Below, piece after piece: positions 8,744 to 17,038 of a stretch of DNA of 64,000 bases. How positions within the stretch are numbered: the stretch's first letter is position 1; each line of letters starts with the position of its first letter. The position numbers were made by a program, and so were the translations under genes. The stretch covers positions 59,585-123,584 of the forward strand of contig JBBTSD010000003.1 in NCBI GenBank assembly GCA_038064835.1, written 5' to 3'. The notes below the pieces were generated by a model. It ran no database searches, was not told where the DNA came from, and worked only from the letters and a program-made list of their open reading frames with translations. The stretch comes from Patescibacteria group bacterium (lineage in GTDB: Bacteria > Patescibacteriota > Minisyncoccia > Phycocordibacterales > UBA2100).

Positions 8744-9792
8744 GCTATTCTCCTGTTTTTCTGTTTGTTGCTACTGACAGTATCGCCATCTTCCTGCCGC
8801 GATTTGAAGTACTCGTCGAAGTACGCGACAAGTTTGGGTTTCTCGTGTCTGACGCGAGGTGCCCACTCAATTGGCTTACCCGGCTCAATCATGAGATCCG
8901 TGTTCGGGTTGAATCCCGAATCGGTTATCTTCCACATCCGATTGAAGTAGTCACGCTTTGCCAAGGAGCCATGCCACAAGTGGACAATGGCACCGGGTAC
9001 TACGGCTAACTTCCCTTGAACGAGCTCATAGAAAGCAGAGCCCCACCGGCGGAAATGGTCGATCTGTGTGGAATCCTGCTTGAGCGCATTCTCGACACAA
9101 AAGCCCACATGCCCGTAGCTAGCGTGTGCCATAAAGTGATCGGCACTTCCCGATACCGCCGCTTCGTAGAGGCCGACCGCATCGAAAATTTCCCGCCGCA
9201 TTGCCCATGCATAGCCAGTGTGTCCATGCGCATCATAACGCTGCGTGTTCAGAACTGATCGATCCTTGCCAGTAACAGCCGCAAACGAGGTGACGATATC
9301 TGCTGCCTCAATCATGAGATTGCCTTGTTCTAGGCGAACACACTTCTCGAACAATTGGACCACGGCGTGCTCTTTCAAAAGCTCGACCGTTTTTGTGGCC
9401 CATCGCTCGTTGAGAAAAATCACATCGCAGTCAACCCACGCAACCGATTGTGCACTAGCTGGAAGCCAGGATGCGGCAAGATTCAGCAAGCGTTCCTTTT
9501 GCCACAAGAGTGACGCGCTCCGCAGGCGAATGGGGTGACAGCTATCCGGAAGCTCGAATGGCTCATCGCCAAATGCGCACTCGACAGTGAGCAAGGGAAT
9601 CCCTGCTCGTTTGAGCGACTCTGCGAATAGGTCGAAATTTGCTCGACGGGTTTTGTACTTACACGGATTGTAGTAGACCGTGATAACCCAAAGCCCTTCG
9701 GCATAGCGTGCCTTGGGAACATCATCCATATCGAAGCGTTGCCACGGCGACAAGTATCGCTCGTGCGCCAATTCTGCCAGTGGAGTCACCAT
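8740..9792 (-). CDS. Putative nucleotide-diphospho-sugar transferase (GT-A fold, DxD motif).
   Basis: VITVYYNPCKY N-terminal strand and WVDCDVIF (DxD) suggest a GT2-like fold. Assigned by eye only. Confidence 0.4.
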   Translation of the reverse strand: MVTPLAELAHERYLSPWQRFDMDDVPKARYAEGLWVITVYYNPCKYKTRRANFDLFAESLKRAGIPLLTVECAFGDEPFELPDSCHPIRLRSASLLWQKERLLNLAASWLPASAQSVAWVDCDVIFLNERWATKTVELLKEHAVVQLFEKCVRLEQGNLMIEAADIVTSFAAVTGKDRSVLNTQRYDAHGHTGYAWAMRREIFDAVGLYEAAVSGSADHFMAHASYGHVGFCVENALKQDSTQIDHFRRWGSAFYELVQGKLAVVPGAIVHLWHGSLAKRDYFNRMWKITDSGFNPNTDLMIEPGKPIEWAPRVRHEKPKLVAYFDEYFKSRQEDGDTVSSNKQKNRRIA

Positions 9793-9845
9793 GCTTCGCG
9801 ATTCCTTTTCTAAGCCTTTTCTGTCAACGAAGTTCTATGCGAGAC

Positions 9846-9905
9846 TCTAACACATTATTTTCTTATGTAAATAGCCTGCCATATTTTGTTGCATATAAAG
9901 GATTC
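9846..9905 (+). promoter_or_regulatory. Conserved roughly 60-nt upstream block (copy 1), shared with the dus upstream region.
   Basis: tctaacacattattttcttatgtaaatagcctgccatattttgttgcatataaagg matches tctaacatattactttcatatgtcaatagtctgtggtactatgttttcgtgg (minus strand, 34020..34075) at about 70% identity. Confidence 0.5.
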
Positions 9906-9914
9906 CTGCATAGA

Positions 9915-10793
9915 ATGGCGCGAATGTTCACAATTCCCTCCTTGGGCCGCTTTGTCGCTCTTCTGGCCGGATTTTTTGTTGTGCTTATTTTTGCCGGTGT
10001 CGTCTGGATCGCTACCCATCAGGAAGTGCAGCCGGGTAGCGTTTATAATGTTGTCTTGAAGCCAGTGGAGGAAGTGTATGGTGCAACCTCTGCCCTGATG
10101 CAGGCCGAACCGCCACAACTGCTGTATGTACGCGTCACTCAAAGTTGTGGCCCCTATTTTGGCGGTGAGTGCGTCGTCATCCGGTCTGGTCCAGGCACCC
10201 ACTACCCTATCGTGATGCGTATGCGCACCGACGCAGTATTGCACGCTGATTCAGAAATTGCAGACGGCATACGCACCTGGTATCGCATTGCCCAAGACGA
10301 TTGGCTTCGTTATCCTGAGCGCGTGCGTGGCGAATGGTACATTGCATCAGACTTTGTCGAACCAATTCGAACTGCGGGAACTCAAGAACTTTCTGATTTT
10401 GCCACAACAGCAACCAGTACAAAAAGGATTGTTGTCGATCGCTCCAACCAGACACTTTTTGCCTACGATGGCGATACTTTGTATATGCAAGAAATCATTT
10501 CCACCGGACTCGAGCTGACACCCACGCCACGCGGTACATTTACCATCTATAAAAAAACTCCAAGCCGTTACATGCAGGGGCCTATACCTGGGATTGGAGA
10601 TCAGCATTACGATTTACCGGGCGTGCCATGGAATCTGTATTTCACCAGCGGCGGTGCGGTAATCCACGGGGCCTACTGGCACGATAAATTTGGCACACAG
10701 TGGTCGCATGGGTGCGTAAATCTTCCACCGGAAAAAGCGCGTACATTGTACGAGTGGGCCGAGGTGGGGACGCAAGTGACTGTGCGTGACTAA
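9915..10793 (+). CDS. L,D-transpeptidase (YkuD domain) with an N-terminal TM anchor.
   Basis: The catalytic HGAYWHDKFGTQWSHGCVNL motif (His/Cys) is present. The in-frame ATG at 9915 precedes the TM helix. Confidence 0.8.
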   Translation: MARMFTIPSLGRFVALLAGFFVVLIFAGVVWIATHQEVQPGSVYNVVLKPVEEVYGATSALMQAEPPQLLYVRVTQSCGPYFGGECVVIRSGPGTHYPIVMRMRTDAVLHADSEIADGIRTWYRIAQDDWLRYPERVRGEWYIASDFVEPIRTAGTQELSDFATTATSTKRIVVDRSNQTLFAYDGDTLYMQEIISTGLELTPTPRGTFTIYKKTPSRYMQGPIPGIGDQHYDLPGVPWNLYFTSGGAVIHGAYWHDKFGTQWSHGCVNLPPEKARTLYEWAEVGTQVTVRD

Positions 10794-10887
10794 ACTCAAT
10801 CACTGCACACCAGGAGGCTGAATATGAAGCTCTCCCGATTGCCGTCTGTCCTAATGGCGAGGCTCCCCAAAAGAGTTGGCACTGATG

Positions 10888-11139
10888 TTAACCTTCGTAG
10901 TTGGGACTATTTGGATTACTTGGGTCTCGATCTTTCTCATCTTCATCTTCATCATTCGCTCCCCGCGGTCCCGTACCGTTGTCGTAGTTGGGACTATTTG
11001 GATTACTTGGGTCTCGATCTTCCGCATCCCCATCAGTAGCTCCCCGCGGTCCCGTACCGTTGTCATAATCAGGACTATCATAGTGCTCACTACCTCCCTT
11101 TCGCCTAGGCCCATGATCCATAGATTCCGCTTGTGACAT
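10888..11139 (-). CDS. Small acidic repeat protein encoded by the tandem repeat (DPSNPNSPNYDNGTGPRGA x2).
   Basis: The ORF spans the repeat on the minus strand. TGcTATATT (extended -10) lies upstream of the MSQAESM start. No SD. Confidence 0.35.
   Translation of the reverse strand: MSQAESMDHGPRRKGGSEHYDSPDYDNGTGPRGATDGDAEDRDPSNPNSPNYDNGTGPRGANDEDEDEKDRDPSNPNSPNYEG
10896..11085. repeat. Tandem direct repeat with an 87-bp period (two full copies plus a partial third).
   Basis: cgtagttgggactatttggattacttgggtctcgatctt...ccgcggtcccgtaccgttgt recurs at 10896 and 10983. Confidence 0.85.
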
Positions 11140-11348
11140 ATCTTTATAAAAAATGACTGGTATGCAATTTAATATAGCACACTTGTCCGTAGAATTAATG
11201 TCGCTGGTCACCTGTCCCAAAAACTATGTACATCTCACTTCTCAGGCATGAGCGATAGTATGCAACAGTAGGCTAAACAAGCTCAAGACCTTGGAATTTA
11301 GTGCGGCGTAAACCGGACTGAAGAGGATTTGAGGGTCTATTGCGGAGC

Positions 11349-11386
11349 AAAAAAAAAGCCCGGCTTCAGCCGGGCTTTCTTTTTGT
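11349..11386. terminator. Bidirectional intrinsic terminator.
   Basis: aaaaaaaaagcccggc ttca gccgggctttcttttt. Confidence 0.8.
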
Positions 11387-11398
11387 GCGTACTCTGAG

Positions 11399-11938
11399 CT
11401 ATTCGATAATCAACTTTCCCACCATGCCATTTTGGCGATGTTTGCCAACCGAGCAATAGTACTCGAACGAACCTGTCTTGTCGGCTACAAAAGTAACCGA
11501 GGTCTTGGTCCCTGGGCGCACTTGATCGGTCTTTGCTTTGAATTCATCGACAACCCAGTCGTGAAATCCCTGCGTGCTCTCAAAATTAATGGTTACGGTC
11601 TCTCCTTTCTTCACGCGAATTTCTTTCTGTGAGAACAGGAAATCTTTTCCGGTGATTGCAATCGCTTTGGCAGTACCTGTAGTCTCAACCGACGCAGCTT
11701 TTGTGTCCGCTGCGCCACTTGTCATAACACCCACCTCTGCATCCTTCAATGCACCTGCATCTACATCAACCATCGCGTCCGCATGCTCTTCCACCACTTC
11801 ATCGCCATCTGTATCCATCATGACTGTGGTGTCAACAACAGGAGCTTCAGGCGCAGGCGCCGTCTTCTTTCCTTGAATCATGAACCAACCCAGACCGGCA
11901 ACAACAACCAACAACACTAATGCCATTACTCCTTTCAT
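11399..11938 (-). CDS. Cupredoxin (plastocyanin/pseudoazurin-like blue copper protein) with an N-terminal anchor.
   Basis: Type-1 Cu ligand pattern: His in FHDWVV, then YYCSVGKHRQNGMVGKL (Cys-His-Met). Confidence 0.7.
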   Translation of the reverse strand: MKGVMALVLLVVVAGLGWFMIQGKKTAPAPEAPVVDTTVMMDTDGDEVVEEHADAMVDVDAGALKDAEVGVMTSGAADTKAASVETTGTAKAIAITGKDFLFSQKEIRVKKGETVTINFESTQGFHDWVVDEFKAKTDQVRPGTKTSVTFVADKTGSFEYYCSVGKHRQNGMVGKLIIE

Positions 11939-12023
11939 ATAGTCGAACGATTAAACCTGCTAATCTGCGCAGTATACAAAAACATTTTTGAAAATCTACC
12001 TGTGGACACACGCTTTTGTGTTG

Positions 12024-13811
12024 TTATGTGCGCTTGGCTTTTGCACGTGAATTCTCGGTAAGATGCTGTTTGCGCAGGCGAACTGACGACGGGGTGATTT
12101 CCAGATATTCATCTGATCCCATAATTTCAAGACCTCGTTCGATAGTGAGCTCCCATGGCGGGGTGAGAATTATTGCTTCATCCGAACTTGATGCGCGCAC
12201 ATTCGTAAGATTTTTGTTCTTGGTAGGATTTACTGCCATCTCTTCCCCTTTGGAGGTGTTGCCAATCACCATACCTTCATACACTTCGGTCCCCGGTAGA
12301 ATGTACAGCACACCTCGTTCTTGCAGATTCCAGAGTGAATAACCGAGTGCTTTCCCCGACATCATAGAAATCATAGAGCCAACTTGGCGCCGACGAATTT
12401 CTCCAGCATGCGGCTTGAATCCTATAACCCGCGCCGACATGATACCTTCGCCCTTTGTGTCTATCATGAACTGGTTGCGATACCCCAAAAGACCGCGAGT
12501 CGGCCCCTCAAACAGCACACGCACGCTCGCATCATGCATCTTCATATCGGACATCACGAAACCGCGCACACCGAGGCGCTCAATGATGACACCTTGATAC
12601 TCGCTTGGAATGTCAATCACGACTTCTTCGAACGGTTCAACTTTGACACCGTTCTCTTCGCGCATAATTACCTGTGGCTGTGATACCTGGAGCTCGTAGC
12701 CCTCGCGCCGCATAATTTCGAGCAAGATTGCCACATGCAATTCTCCGCGACCCGAGACTGCAAACGCATCGTTGTTTGAGAAATCAACTTTGAGTCCCAC
12801 ATTTACCTCTAGCTCGCGCTCGAGGCGTTCGCGGATTTGACGCGATGTTACAAACTTGCCTTCGCGACCAGCAAATGGGGAATTGTTGACGAGAAGGCTG
12901 ACGGTAATCGTCGGTTCATCGACGGCGATCGCCGGCAATGGCTCGACTGCTTCTGTATTTGAAATAGTTTCACCAATATCGATATCAGGAAGCCCGGCGA
13001 TCAAAACAATGTCGCCAGGGAGTGCTTCTTTTACCTCGACTCGCTCCAGCCCTTTAAAGGTGCTGATTTTGGTGATTCGGCCGGTGCGCACTGTATTTTC
13101 GCCCGGGCGCTTCACGAATACAGGATCACCCATTTTGAGCGTTCCTTCGTAGATGCGCGAGATAGCAAGTCGACCAAGGAAAGAATCGTAGGCGAGGTTA
13201 AAGGGCTGACAGCGCAGGGGCACATCAGCGTTTGCATTTGACGCGACCGGTACTTTTTCCAAAACCATATCTAGAAGTGGCGAAAGATCGGTAGACTCGT
13301 CTGTAAGTGCGCGCTTCGCAATCCCCTGTCGTCCGATTGCATACATCACTGGAAAATCTGCTTGCTCGTCGTTTGCACCTAGTTCAAAGAAAAGCTCGAG
13401 GACTTGCTCTTCACAGCGCTCGGGATCTGCCGCCGGCTTGTCGATTTTGTTGATGACAACAATCGGTTTGAGTCCGAGTTCGAGCGCCTTCTTGAGCACA
13501 AAACGAGTCTGCGGCATCGGACCTTCCTGCGCATCTACCACCAAAAGCACCGAGTCGATCGAGCGAAGCACCCGTTCAACTTCAGAACCAAAGTCGGCGT
13601 GTCCGGGTGTGTCCACGATGTTGATCTTGGTTCCTTTGTATTCAACTGAAGCATTCTTGGAATATATCGTGATACCGCGCTCGCGCTCGAGTGTATTTGA
13701 GTCCATGGAAACACCGTCTGCGGTGGCATTAGTTTGGCGCATGATGGCGTCGGTCAGGGTGGTCTTGCCGTGGTCCACATGGGCAATAATAGCGATGTTG
13801 CGAATTTCCAT
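12024..13811 (-). CDS. typA: Translational GTPase TypA/BipA.
   Basis: MEIRNIAIIAHVDHGKTTL plus EF-G-like domains. 595 aa. Confidence 0.95.
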   Translation of the reverse strand: MEIRNIAIIAHVDHGKTTLTDAIMRQTNATADGVSMDSNTLERERGITIYSKNASVEYKGTKINIVDTPGHADFGSEVERVLRSIDSVLLVVDAQEGPMPQTRFVLKKALELGLKPIVVINKIDKPAADPERCEEQVLELFFELGANDEQADFPVMYAIGRQGIAKRALTDESTDLSPLLDMVLEKVPVASNANADVPLRCQPFNLAYDSFLGRLAISRIYEGTLKMGDPVFVKRPGENTVRTGRITKISTFKGLERVEVKEALPGDIVLIAGLPDIDIGETISNTEAVEPLPAIAVDEPTITVSLLVNNSPFAGREGKFVTSRQIRERLERELEVNVGLKVDFSNNDAFAVSGRGELHVAILLEIMRREGYELQVSQPQVIMREENGVKVEPFEEVVIDIPSEYQGVIIERLGVRGFVMSDMKMHDASVRVLFEGPTRGLLGYRNQFMIDTKGEGIMSARVIGFKPHAGEIRRRQVGSMISMMSGKALGYSLWNLQERGVLYILPGTEVYEGMVIGNTSKGEEMAVNPTKNKNLTNVRASSSDEAIILTPPWELTIERGLEIMGSDEYLEITPSSVRLRKQHLTENSRAKAKRT

Positions 13812-13825
13812 AGTATGAAAAGTTT

Positions 13826-13853
13826 AGAAAAAAAAGCGCCTCACCTGAGGCAG
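13826..13853 (-). promoter_or_regulatory. Hairpin plus U-run in the typA 5' leader, about 20 nt upstream of the start codon. Possible attenuator.
   Basis: The minus strand reads gcctcaggtgaggc followed by tttttttt. A TATACT -10-like hexamer lies just upstream. Confidence 0.35.
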
Positions 13854-13886
13854 TAATCACAGTATATACTACGAAACGAAATTTGT

Positions 13887-13916
13887 CTAAAGAAAAGCAC
13901 CGCCGTAGCGGTGCTT
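13887..13916 (-). terminator. Intrinsic terminator for the amidohydrolase gene.
   Basis: agcaccgc cgta gcggtgct, followed by ttttcttt on the minus strand. Confidence 0.65.
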
Positions 13917-13919
13917 TAG

Positions 13920-14933
13920 TCATAGTGCTTCCACAATCCGAGGCTTGGTGAGTCGTGGCATGAGCGGTGTATACCCTCGTCCAAATGCTTCTTCAGGAAG
14001 CCCGCATGCTCTTTTGATGGCGATGTCGCGATCAAAATAGTTGCGTGACAAATCTTTGCGCTTCACTCCTGCACGCCGCAATTCGCGACCAAATGCCCAA
14101 GGGTGAAGTGGCACTGGATAATCACTCCCATACACGAGCCGTTTCTGCACCACAGCATCTCCAATAGATGTCAGGAGCCGCGGTTTACGATGCGCGGCCG
14201 CCATGCCCGATACATCCAAGTACAGATTGGGATATTCCTGGACCAGACGACTCATCTCGGCGAAATGCGTGTAGTCTTCGCGAAATGGTTTACCGCCACA
14301 ACAGTGCGCGGCAATCACCGTAACTCCTGTTTTCAACACTGCTTCGAGGCGATCAAGTCCCGCAAAGCGCATGTCGATATTGGGCAGAGCATACTCAATA
14401 CCGATGTGAATCAGAAGCGGGATTTGCGCCTGTCGCACGCGATCATAGAATGGCAGGTTGTGCGGATCCGCCGGGTCAAACCCCATGACATTGGGAAGCC
14501 ACTTGATAAGCACTGCTCCTTCTTGCAAGCAATACTCGAGTTCGTCCATCGCATCTCGACGATAAGGATTCACCGACCCTCCAAAAAGCAATTTCCGTGA
14601 TGCGCGACAGAGCGCCGCCGTCGCCTTATTGGATACGCATTTTGGTGTGCGTGCATAGTCGGGCAGACCTTTGGAATCATAGACCGAGTCGAATGCCAGA
14701 ATTACCGCGTGATCTAGTTCTGACTCTTCGACTCGCGCAACCAGAAGCTGACGGTATTTTTCGTCTATCCGTTGCCGGTCGCGTCGCGACGAAAGATATG
14801 CTTCGCGCCAATTCAGAATACCGAGCGTATTGAGATAGGCGCTCGCTCGAAAACCCGTGCCGAACTTCGGGTGTATGTAGCCACCATTTTCTGCACAAAA
14901 CGCAAGGTGATGGCAGTGAACATCGATTATCAA
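13920..14933 (-). CDS. Amidohydrolase-2 family metal-dependent hydrolase (TIM barrel).
   Basis: MIIDVHCHH N-terminal HxH motif. 337 aa. Confidence 0.65.
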   Translation of the reverse strand: MIIDVHCHHLAFCAENGGYIHPKFGTGFRASAYLNTLGILNWREAYLSSRRDRQRIDEKYRQLLVARVEESELDHAVILAFDSVYDSKGLPDYARTPKCVSNKATAALCRASRKLLFGGSVNPYRRDAMDELEYCLQEGAVLIKWLPNVMGFDPADPHNLPFYDRVRQAQIPLLIHIGIEYALPNIDMRFAGLDRLEAVLKTGVTVIAAHCCGGKPFREDYTHFAEMSRLVQEYPNLYLDVSGMAAAHRKPRLLTSIGDAVVQKRLVYGSDYPVPLHPWAFGRELRRAGVKRKDLSRNYFDRDIAIKRACGLPEEAFGRGYTPLMPRLTKPRIVEAL

Positions 14934-15035
14934 GATTCCCTCCGAGATTTCGTTTCCAGCGACACTATAACCACAAACGAGGAGAAAATGAAAGAGAATC
15001 TTTAATTTTCTCTGAGCGCCGTGGTTATATACCCG

Positions 15036-15311
15036 TCACCTTCCCAAGGGTTCATGGGTAAATGTCGTGCTTTTGTTGTTTGTCAAAGATTTTTTTTCTT
15101 TGTGTGAGAGATGTTTAATAGTCGCTTCTCGCGAAAGCGCCTCGGATTTTGTTGCGCACTCCTCTACATAGGCAACTCGAATTGGTTTGTGCATACGCGT
15201 GTAGCGCGCCCCTTTTCCAAGACAATGATCTTTGAATCGTCGTTCTACATTATCAGTACTTCCTGTATACAGGCTACGATTTTCGCATTCGAGTATGTAT
15301 ACAAAGTACAT
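15036..15311 (-). CDS. GIY-YIG nuclease family protein.
   Basis: YFVYILEC...LYTGSTDNVERRFKDH. Confidence 0.85.
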   Translation of the reverse strand: MYFVYILECENRSLYTGSTDNVERRFKDHCLGKGARYTRMHKPIRVAYVEECATKSEALSREATIKHLSHKEKKSLTNNKSTTFTHEPLGR

Positions 15312-15320
15312 GTCGCGTGC

Positions 15321-16304
15321 CTACTGCTCTTCTACGGGTGCTTGTTTTGCTTTGTCGATTTTTGCAAGAATCTTTTTGAGCGCATCAAGGCTGTCAGTAT
15401 CAAGGACTGTAATCGGGACGGCCTTTATCTTTGCCTTTTTTAATTGCTTCACCTTGTCGTCAACCTCATCTGGCGACACCATGTCGGTTTTTGAAAGAAA
15501 AACGAACTCCTCCTTTTCCACAAGCGCAGGGTTATATTTTTTCAGCTCTTCGCGAATCACTTGGTAGTCACGCACCACATCGTCGGATTCTGCGGAAACG
15601 AGATGAAAGAGCGTGCGCGTTCGTTCAATATGACGAAGGAACTTTGTGCCAAGCCCTTTCCCAGCTGATGCGCCTTCGATAAGCCCGGGTATATCGGCAA
15701 GGATAAGTCCGTAATAAGCGCCAAGGTTTGGTTCGAGTGTGGTGAAAGCATAGTTCCCCACTTTTGCCGCGGCATGCGTCAGCTCGTTGATAAGGCTGGA
15801 TTTTCCTGCATTTGGTAAACCAATCAAGCCGACATCGGCGATCATCTTGAGCTCGAGACGGTATTCAAAACTTTGTCCTGCGCTCCCGCGCGTATATTCT
15901 TGCGGGCTTGTGTTTGTCGACGAACGAAATACAAAATTGCCTTTGCCACCCTTGCCACCCCTTGCCACCAAAATTTTTTCGCCAACTTGCGTGATTTCTT
16001 GGTCTTTCCCTGTGTCAAGGTTGTGTAGCACAGTACCCACGGGCACTTTCAAAAAAATGTCATCACCTCCTGCACCATCGCGAAGCTTCTTGGTGCCCAC
16101 TTCACCCACGCCAGCTTTTATAAGTTTGCGAAATCTGAATTGCATCAGTGCATTCAAATCAGAAACACCCTCCAGATAGACGGACCCGCCATTGCCACCA
16201 TTGGCGCCCGCGGGGCCAAGGTGCATTTTTATGCGATTGAAGCCCACGGCGCCATGTCCGCCATGCCCTCCTTGCAGTCGAATTGTGACATCATCAACTA
16301 ACAT
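15321..16304 (-). CDS. obg: GTPase Obg.
   Basis: Obg fold with a Gly-rich N-terminus, plus the GLIGLPNAGKSSL G1 motif. Confidence 0.95.
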   Translation of the reverse strand: MLVDDVTIRLQGGHGGHGAVGFNRIKMHLGPAGANGGNGGSVYLEGVSDLNALMQFRFRKLIKAGVGEVGTKKLRDGAGGDDIFLKVPVGTVLHNLDTGKDQEITQVGEKILVARGGKGGKGNFVFRSSTNTSPQEYTRGSAGQSFEYRLELKMIADVGLIGLPNAGKSSLINELTHAAAKVGNYAFTTLEPNLGAYYGLILADIPGLIEGASAGKGLGTKFLRHIERTRTLFHLVSAESDDVVRDYQVIREELKKYNPALVEKEEFVFLSKTDMVSPDEVDDKVKQLKKAKIKAVPITVLDTDSLDALKKILAKIDKAKQAPVEEQ

Positions 16305-16344
16305 GTGCCTAGCCTACCCTGAATTTCAGATTACACAATACAGA

Positions 16345-16905
16345 TCAAGAAATTCCATACATGGCGTATCTACGCAGTGCCCGCCGAAGCACCATGTAAT
16401 TCGGCATCGCCTGCGCCACTAAGTTCCAAAAAGCGACAGAATGGTTGTGCTCTTTCAGATGGCATAGCTCGTGTACGATTACATAATCAACTAACTCTGG
16501 TGGCAAAAAAACCACTGCAAAATTGAAATTGAGATTCCCTCGTTTTGAGCAACTGCCCCAGGTGTGTTTCGTATTTTTGATACTAATCCGGCCATAGGAA
16601 AAACCGTACTGTTTGTTCCAATGCACGACCCTCTCTTGCACCAGCGCTCGAGCCCGTTCTTTCTGGGTCAGATACGATTTCCGGCCACCGGGAAGCGGCA
16701 CGATGTGTCGCATGCGCGACTGGTGCTTCTGAATCCAGGTTGATTTTTCGCGAACAAACTTTTGAATAGTTGTCTCGGGCATGAAGCGTGGGGCGCGCAC
16801 TATCACTTTGCCGCCTGGCTGTACCACTATGGACATCCGGCGCGCACCACGGCTCGCTACTCGTTCGTATGCCAAGTCTTCTTCCATGTGGCAATTGTAC
16901 GCCAT
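16345..16905 (-). CDS. YgjP/DUF45 (SprT-like) metal-dependent hydrolase with an HExxH motif.
   Basis: WGSCS...VDYVIVHELCHLKEHNHS. The start was moved to an internal Met (MAYNCHMEE) so that it does not overlap the divergent gene. Confidence 0.55.
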   Translation of the reverse strand: MAYNCHMEEDLAYERVASRGARRMSIVVQPGGKVIVRAPRFMPETTIQKFVREKSTWIQKHQSRMRHIVPLPGGRKSYLTQKERARALVQERVVHWNKQYGFSYGRISIKNTKHTWGSCSKRGNLNFNFAVVFLPPELVDYVIVHELCHLKEHNHSVAFWNLVAQAMPNYMVLRRALRRYAMYGIS

Positions 16906-16940
16906 ACCATTACCGAGACATACATTTTTTCGCCAAACTA

Positions 16941-16968
16941 TTGACATTTTCATAAAAAAGTGTATTAT
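16941..16968 (+). promoter_or_regulatory. Sigma70-like promoter (TTGACA-16-TATTAT) for the Aas-like gene.
   Basis: ctaTTGACAttttcataaaaaagtgTATTATtc. Confidence 0.5.
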
Positions 16969-17038
16969 TCTTGCCAGCTTTTGCGCTGGTTTTTCCGTCG
17001 CAAGCTGATCACTGAAAACCAAAGAAGGAAGCAAAGAA

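Noticed and set aside
10896-11085. Possible CRISPR array.
   Set aside because: There are only about 2.3 copies, they are directly adjacent with no spacers, the repeat unit is 87 bp, and the region is protein-coding. No cas genes are present in the window.
10824-11136. Plus-strand ORFs inside the 87-bp tandem repeat.
   Set aside because: They are alternate-frame artefacts of the repeat. The minus-strand frame has the upstream promoter-like element. Confidence is low even for that frame.
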